From an uncultured virus (IMG/VR IMGVR_UViG_3300012005_000005) (lineage: Duplodnaviria; Heunggongvirae; Uroviricota; Caudoviricetes), in IMG/VR virus record IMGVR_UViG_3300012005_000005: a stretch of 64,000 nucleotides of DNA; one strand, given 5' to 3'. The notes beneath the pieces are model-generated. The model did no database searches, was not told the DNA's origin, and saw nothing but the letters and a program-made list of their open reading frames with translations. Both the position numbers and the translations under genes were made by a program. This document shows, one piece after another, positions 58,836-64,000 of the stretch (within the stretch, counting starts at the first letter, position 1; each line of letters opens with the position of its first letter).

Positions 58836-58994
58836 ATGAATAAAAATCTAACATCTGCTTTGGATAAAATGAGTATTGCAAGAAAACAAGCCATTATCAG
58901 GGCCAAAGGTGGTAAAAGAATGGATTGGAAGCAATATAATGAAAAAGTAGGAATGTCCAAAGCGGAATTTCTTGCCTATCTTGACAAAAAATAG
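58836..58994 (+). CDS. Small basic hypothetical protein (52 aa)
   Basis: MNKNLTSALDKMSIARKQAIIRAKGG..., embedded in structured non-coding DNA. Confidence 0.5.
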   Translation: MNKNLTSALDKMSIARKQAIIRAKGGKRMDWKQYNEKVGMSKAEFLAYLDKK

Positions 58995-59004
58995 GTAAGT
59001 AAGA

Positions 59005-59800
59005 TAATGAAGGCTTTATGCCTTTCAGGGCAAGAGGAATGTAAATTAATATCCTTTGCCCTACTATATAGGTTTTCTGTTATAATTAGCAGCAGCCTTT
59101 ATAAAATACAGATAAAGCCATTTTTATGAGCTTTTGAACAGGTAAAGAATGTATTATGTACTTTGGCATACATTAACCCCGTAAGGTTAAATAATACATA
59201 TCTTTGGTAACTTGCTTAGCAATCCTGAATAGTGTAGTGTAGCGCACTCTAAAAATACTACTGTTCAACCCTAAGCAAACGTAGGGGTGCAAATGCGAAA
59301 GCCAATGCATTGAACGTGTAAATCGCTGAAATTACAGTAAGCGTTTCTTTCAATTCTATGTAATTGAAGAAAATCTCTTGAATAGTTTGTATGGGATATA
59401 TCTATATCCTTACATAATGTGCAGTGCTATGAATAGGCGGATATTGTATTATTCATAGGGCAGCTAATAACATCGGTTATTAGTAAAGTAAAGAGTCGGG
59501 CATTTCTTGAAACGGTTAATAGACTTTTAAATCTATCCGTCCCTCTAAAGTTATGTTTAGTTATAGCGAAAGTTTGCCATAAGTGAAAAGGTAAAGTATG
59601 TGAATACGTATATCCCTCAGTAACAGGCGCCAAAGAACGGGCAAAACAAGTTTTTAAGGCTGTTTTATCGGTTGGATAGACAGATTGATGGGTACTTCGT
59701 GCAATGTGTAGTGATATTGCAGCATTTTAAAGGATAAAATGTGGGCTTACTTAGGTCGGGTAGTATTATGTCATTCACTTAAATTTAAACCGTTCCCTTC
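59005..59800 (+). ncRNA. Candidate large structured non-coding RNA
   Basis: Dense hairpins with GNRA loops, higher GC than the flanks, no credible ORF; boundaries approximate. Confidence 0.5.
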
Positions 59801-60020
59801 CAAAGGAGAAAAAAGAGTTATTATTTTACTGTTTATAATTAAGGTTATAAATAGTGCGCTCAACTCCAATAAAACAAATAAAGTTTTTATTAGTTTTGTA
59901 TACTTTAACAAAATTAATGTTCATATATTAAAGAGAATTTTAATAGTCATGCCAAAAGTATGGTTGTTTGTGTATCGGTTTGCACATATATGAGCTTGTA
60001 TAATGGTTATTTAGAGGATA

Positions 60021-60054
60021 GGGCAATAGTATTAATTTATTATTGCCTTTTTTT
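60021..60054 (+). terminator. Intrinsic terminator
   Basis: GGCAATAGTA...TATTATTGCC plus T run. Confidence 0.7.
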
Positions 60055-60766
60055 ATGCCTTAAATTATAGCATTTATGATAGTATTATATGAAAATAAAT
60101 GGTGCAAAATATGTTCAAAGGGTACTATTTATGTACTGATTAGTAAAAGTAATAAATACAATGATCAATATTTTACAACATTTAGCGCTGCTAAAATATC
60201 AATTGGTATATTATGAAAAAGTTTAAAATGTGGCTTAAAACCTTTTTTAATATTGAAGGTTATTCAAACTTTCAATGGATGTATGAATAAAAATTTTTAT
60301 TCCCTTGCTACTATCTATTTAATAGATAAGAAAAAAGACAAGATTAAGAATAAAGAGGAAAATTCTATTATTGAAAGTGCAAAGTTACTGTCATCCATTA
60401 AAAAAGAAATACATAAAGTTTATGAAAATATGCTTAAGATGGGTATATAATGATAATACAACTATCATTAAAAATACATATGCTTTGTATGTAAATGTGC
60501 CGCCTAAAGTAAATTTGAAGTGGAAAATTGCATTAACAAAGCAAATAGAACCTTATTGTAGAAAAGATAGGAAATGTATTGCTTCATTTGGCGGTCAAAA
60601 CTATCAACTATCTTCACGCAGTCCTAAAAATTTAGTTACAAACATTGCTAAAATTATAATTGACAATAAACCAAATAAATTGAATATTGATAATATTACA
60701 CAAAACTATGTGAAGTATTAATCTATAAATAGGTATCTATATTTTATCACAATTTAATTTTTCATT

Positions 60767-61246
60767 ATGAAAAATGTAATTATGGCCGTATTTGCACAGC
60801 ATTTAACATCTGTTAATAAAGGTGGTAATGTTGTTACATTTGATGAAGAGCAAAAATTTGTTGGAGAAACTGAACAGGCAATGACTGCAAATGCAGTTTC
60901 ACTGTGGTTACTCGGACAAGTTAAACACTTTGTCAAATTGCAAAGGTTGCAAGGAAAAACAGGCTTTAAAATGAGCAAGCCTATTGACCTGACTTTAACA
61001 GTTAACAAAAAAACTGAGAAGTTTGGCTTTAAATTCTCCTTATCTTTGGAAAGGATTGAAAGACTTATTGAACGTACACCTGAATTGGTGCAGGAAGCCT
61101 TCACTCCGGCCCGTACACCTTCACAGGTTATTGCATCATTGGAAGGTGCGAAAAGTTACCTGCTTGAAAGAGGTAACAGTGTTATTTGCCCCGCTGTAAA
61201 AGCAAAAAAAGTGGTGGCTGTTATTGAGGAAGTTGCTGCAAATTAG
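60767..61246 (+). CDS. Hypothetical protein (early region)
   Basis: 159 aa, A-rich start context, followed by a terminator. Confidence 0.75.
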   Translation: MKNVIMAVFAQHLTSVNKGGNVVTFDEEQKFVGETEQAMTANAVSLWLLGQVKHFVKLQRLQGKTGFKMSKPIDLTLTVNKKTEKFGFKFSLSLERIERLIERTPELVQEAFTPARTPSQVIASLEGAKSYLLERGNSVICPAVKAKKVVAVIEEVAAN

Positions 61247-61266
61247 CCCACTTCGTTTTTTTATTA

Positions 61267-61301
61267 AAAAGCACATTCATTAATTTGGGCGTGCTTTTTT
61301 T
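61267..61301 (+). terminator. Intrinsic terminator
   Basis: AAAAGCAC...GTGCTTTTTT. Confidence 0.7.
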
Positions 61302-61561
61302 ATTCTCTCAATTATTCATCATGAATATTCATCTTACTTTATTTGGTTATCTAATAATCATTTATTTGCACTCTTATAAATTTTCTAAAAACTTATACCA
61401 TGCTAATCACAATGACAAACGGTGAAAAATACACTGTTAAAATTGCATCTTTTGCACAAGGTTTTTGCTATGCAGATAGTTTAAAACTACCTGTAAAAGA
61501 TATAATGGCTATCACACCCGTAAAATAATAATATTGATTTTTAACTATTAAATATAAAATA

Positions 61562-61798
61562 ATGAAAAATTCTCGCATTCCAGGCACACGGGAACAAATT
61601 AATGGTGTGCGCAAAACTCCTAATGGTGTAAGGATTGAGTCTGGCATTGCTAATTTTGATGCAGCATGGGAAAAAGCCAAAAAATTGGAACGCAATGCTA
61701 AAAATGGAGAAACCTTTAACGTTTCAGGCTTTGCGGGTAATTATTGCCTGTTAAAATATGGAGCAAAATTGGAAAATGATTACATTCACATGACTTAA
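61562..61798 (+). CDS. Hypothetical protein
   Basis: 78 aa. Confidence 0.6.
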   Translation: MKNSRIPGTREQINGVRKTPNGVRIESGIANFDAAWEKAKKLERNAKNGETFNVSGFAGNYCLLKYGAKLENDYIHMT

Positions 61799-62033
61799 TC
61801 TAAATGCAGTTCAAAAGCTGTAAATTTGTATTGTGTAGCCTGTCATTCACAATAGGCTATTCATATAAACGGCTATATGGTGAACAGGCGTTAAACCTGC
61901 AAAGAATAGCTATATAAAATCAATACAAGTTATTTTGATGACAATTAATAGTGTTCCCTTTGACTAATAGGGTGAGTCCCCACTCAAAGAGGATTAAAAG
62001 CTTGTCTGCCTATTATTTGTAAAAACTATTTAG

Positions 62034-62456
62034 ATGAATAACTTAGAAGAAATTTACGAAAATAATTATGTAAGTGTTGAAACATTTAATGCTGAAGATA
62101 AAAAACCTTTTAAATTTGCAATATGTGTTGAAATTCATGAGGTTGAGAATAATAAATTTTTAGTGATTGTAAACGCTGCAAAGTTACCCAAGTATTTAAC
62201 AAAAAGTAAATTAAAATCCATTGCATCTTCTATGTGTATAGAACCAAAAGAAGTTAGTGTGACTGATGTTTCTCAATATGGATTAAGTGCACCTTTAGAT
62301 AGTTATTTAATTAACGAAAATGAGATAGAAAGTAAATTAAATAAGATAGATAAACAAATACCTATTTATGATAAGCTTTGTGGATTTTATTTTGATAGGC
62401 AAGCAAATAGAGTAGGTAAAACAGGATGGGATTTTTTAAATGGCAATATAAATTGA
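62034..62456 (+). CDS. Hypothetical protein
   Basis: 140 aa. Confidence 0.65.
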   Translation: MNNLEEIYENNYVSVETFNAEDKKPFKFAICVEIHEVENNKFLVIVNAAKLPKYLTKSKLKSIASSMCIEPKEVSVTDVSQYGLSAPLDSYLINENEIESKLNKIDKQIPIYDKLCGFYFDRQANRVGKTGWDFLNGNIN

Positions 62457-62639
62457 TTAATTATCATTTATGAAAATTACTTTTATTAACTATTGGAAAA
62501 GAAAAGACCATTTTTCTTCTGTAAATAATTTGGTTCAAATTGAGCTGATTAGAATGGGTAATTGTAAAGGGTACAGAGATGTATTTTATTTTGTTATTTT
62601 TAATATTGGATTTGTAATATATTTTAAATCACATAAACT

Positions 62640-62975
62640 ATGAAACACACACAAAAAATTGTAAAGATTGCATTGCTATTGCAAAAAAAATTCGGGTGGG
62701 ATGAACTGCAAATTAACTGTTTTATTAATCGTGTTTCTCAATTCACAAGCAGTTTAAGAGAACTTAATGAACTGGTAATTGCTAACCCTAATGCAATTTT
62801 AAGTTTGTCTAAACAAAGAAATTTGCAAACTTATTACGCTAAATCCTTTATTATAGAAAAGGGAATAGAAGAAATAACTTTTTCTAAAGATCCATCTGAT
62901 TGTCCTATAAAAATGAATTTAGGAAAAGAGTTTGCTAATTATGCGGATGACAAGTCTTTTGTAGTAGACCTTTAA
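62640..62975 (+). CDS. Hypothetical protein
   Basis: 111 aa. Confidence 0.6.
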   Translation: MKHTQKIVKIALLLQKKFGWDELQINCFINRVSQFTSSLRELNELVIANPNAILSLSKQRNLQTYYAKSFIIEKGIEEITFSKDPSDCPIKMNLGKEFANYADDKSFVVDL

Positions 62976-63181
62976 ATTTTAAATTATTAAATTAATTATT
63001 ATGTTTTTACTTGGTTTACTTGCAGGCATATTTATATGTATTATCATTATAGGCATTTTAATAAAAAAAGCTTTAAACTCTTATTGGGATAAATTTTAAT
63101 TATTTGATTATGACTGAAATAATATTAGAAGGTAATACAATTAGTGTTCTTTATCTTGAACATGAAATTTAAATCTATAAT

Positions 63182-63406
63182 ATGTATGCTTCTCAAATTG
63201 TTGCTGTTTATAAGGGTATAATTATCACAAGAAGTGAGGGGTTATATTCCTGTTTATTAGACTTCACTTTAGAAAGTGAATGTTTTTCTGATATAGTTTA
63301 CTTTATAGATAATTATTTATATACACCAATGCCTGAACCTATAGTAGATAACTACATAATTGGTGAATATGTTTTTAGGTGCAATATGTCTAATCTTAAA
63401 AATTAA
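63182..63406 (+). CDS. Hypothetical protein
   Basis: 74 aa. Confidence 0.5.
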   Translation: MYASQIVAVYKGIIITRSEGLYSCLLDFTLESECFSDIVYFIDNYLYTPMPEPIVDNYIIGEYVFRCNMSNLKN

Positions 63407-63550
63407 TTTTTATGTACTCCCTTAAAAGAATCTTTGACAATAAATTTGAATTGTATCATAATGATAAATACAAAGGAACTTTGATTATGCTTGAAGCAGA
63501 GGCAAAGTTAATTGTACAATGTTTAAATACTCACCCTTTAATTGATTAAT

Positions 63551-64000
63551 ATGAGAAAAGATATAATTAATTCTTATATTATAAAAGTTAAAAACACTAA
63601 AGGTATAGAATTTGAAGTAGGTGAAACTGTAGAACTATCTTCTATGGGAGATAGAGGTACAATAGTAGGGTTTGGTACTTATAAGGGTATTACTTATGTG
63701 GTTTTTGATAATGAGGAATTTGGTGAGTGGAATATAAATGATAAAGAGATTTATAAAATAACAAAAAACATTACAGAGTTGCCCACAGCAAAAGAAATGG
63801 TTAAAAAGTGGGATGAAGTAGGTTTTTTAGAAGATAGATTTATAGAATTTGCAAAACTACATGTTAAAAAAGCTTTAGAAAAGGCTGCTAAAAATGCTTA
63901 TGTAGAGTATATAGATTTAACATCAGATGAAGTTTTCGATTATACTGATGTTATTACAGATGATAATGTTGGAGCAAATGTTAATAAAGAATCAATTCTT
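63551..64000 (+). CDS. Hypothetical phage protein, partial (runs off the window)
   Basis: MRKDIINS...IEFAKLHVKKALEKAAKNA...VNKESIL, open to the end. Confidence 0.65.
   Translation, partial: MRKDIINSYIIKVKNTKGIEFEVGETVELSSMGDRGTIVGFGTYKGITYVVFDNEEFGEWNINDKEIYKITKNITELPTAKEMVKKWDEVGFLEDRFIEFAKLHVKKALEKAAKNAYVEYIDLTSDEVFDYTDVITDDNVGANVNKESIL

Noticed and set aside
59005..59800. Group I or group II intron
   Set aside because: No interrupted gene and no recognisable domain V or P7 consensus.
1..64000. Stop-codon reassignment, as in some crAss-like phages
   Set aside because: Long genes are intact in the standard code. The TAG, TAA and TGA anticodons are ordinary Leu/Ser tRNAs, not suppressors.
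1..64000. CRISPR array or DGR
   Set aside because: No regularly spaced repeats and no reverse transcriptase seen; the recurring intergenic motif is a promoter.

Overview
AT-rich fragment of a crAss-like (Crassvirales-type) phage with a Bacteroidota host, using the standard genetic code, with two 10-N scaffold gaps. On the minus strand, 1-41.8 kb is the virion/packaging block (terminase, portal, scaffold, major capsid, ring/tail proteins, muzzle, cargo proteins, endolysin, homing endonucleases). 42-58 kb is an accessory block with 14 tRNA or tRNA-like genes, glycosyltransferases, a C-methyltransferase, a BCS1-like AAA ATPase and a Dam-like methylase, driven by about 16 Bacteroidota sigma-A type promoters. 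After about 58.3 kb the strand switches to a structured non-coding region and small early-type ORFs. The main discovery is three unannotated promoter / leader-peptide / antiterminator / terminator units. Their sensing codon blocks partition all 20 amino acids, and two of them sit directly upstream of tRNA arrays whose anticodons match the leader codons. This suggests ribosome-dependent attenuation that switches on phage tRNA operons when host tRNAs fail. All calls come from reading the sequence by eye; no searches were run.
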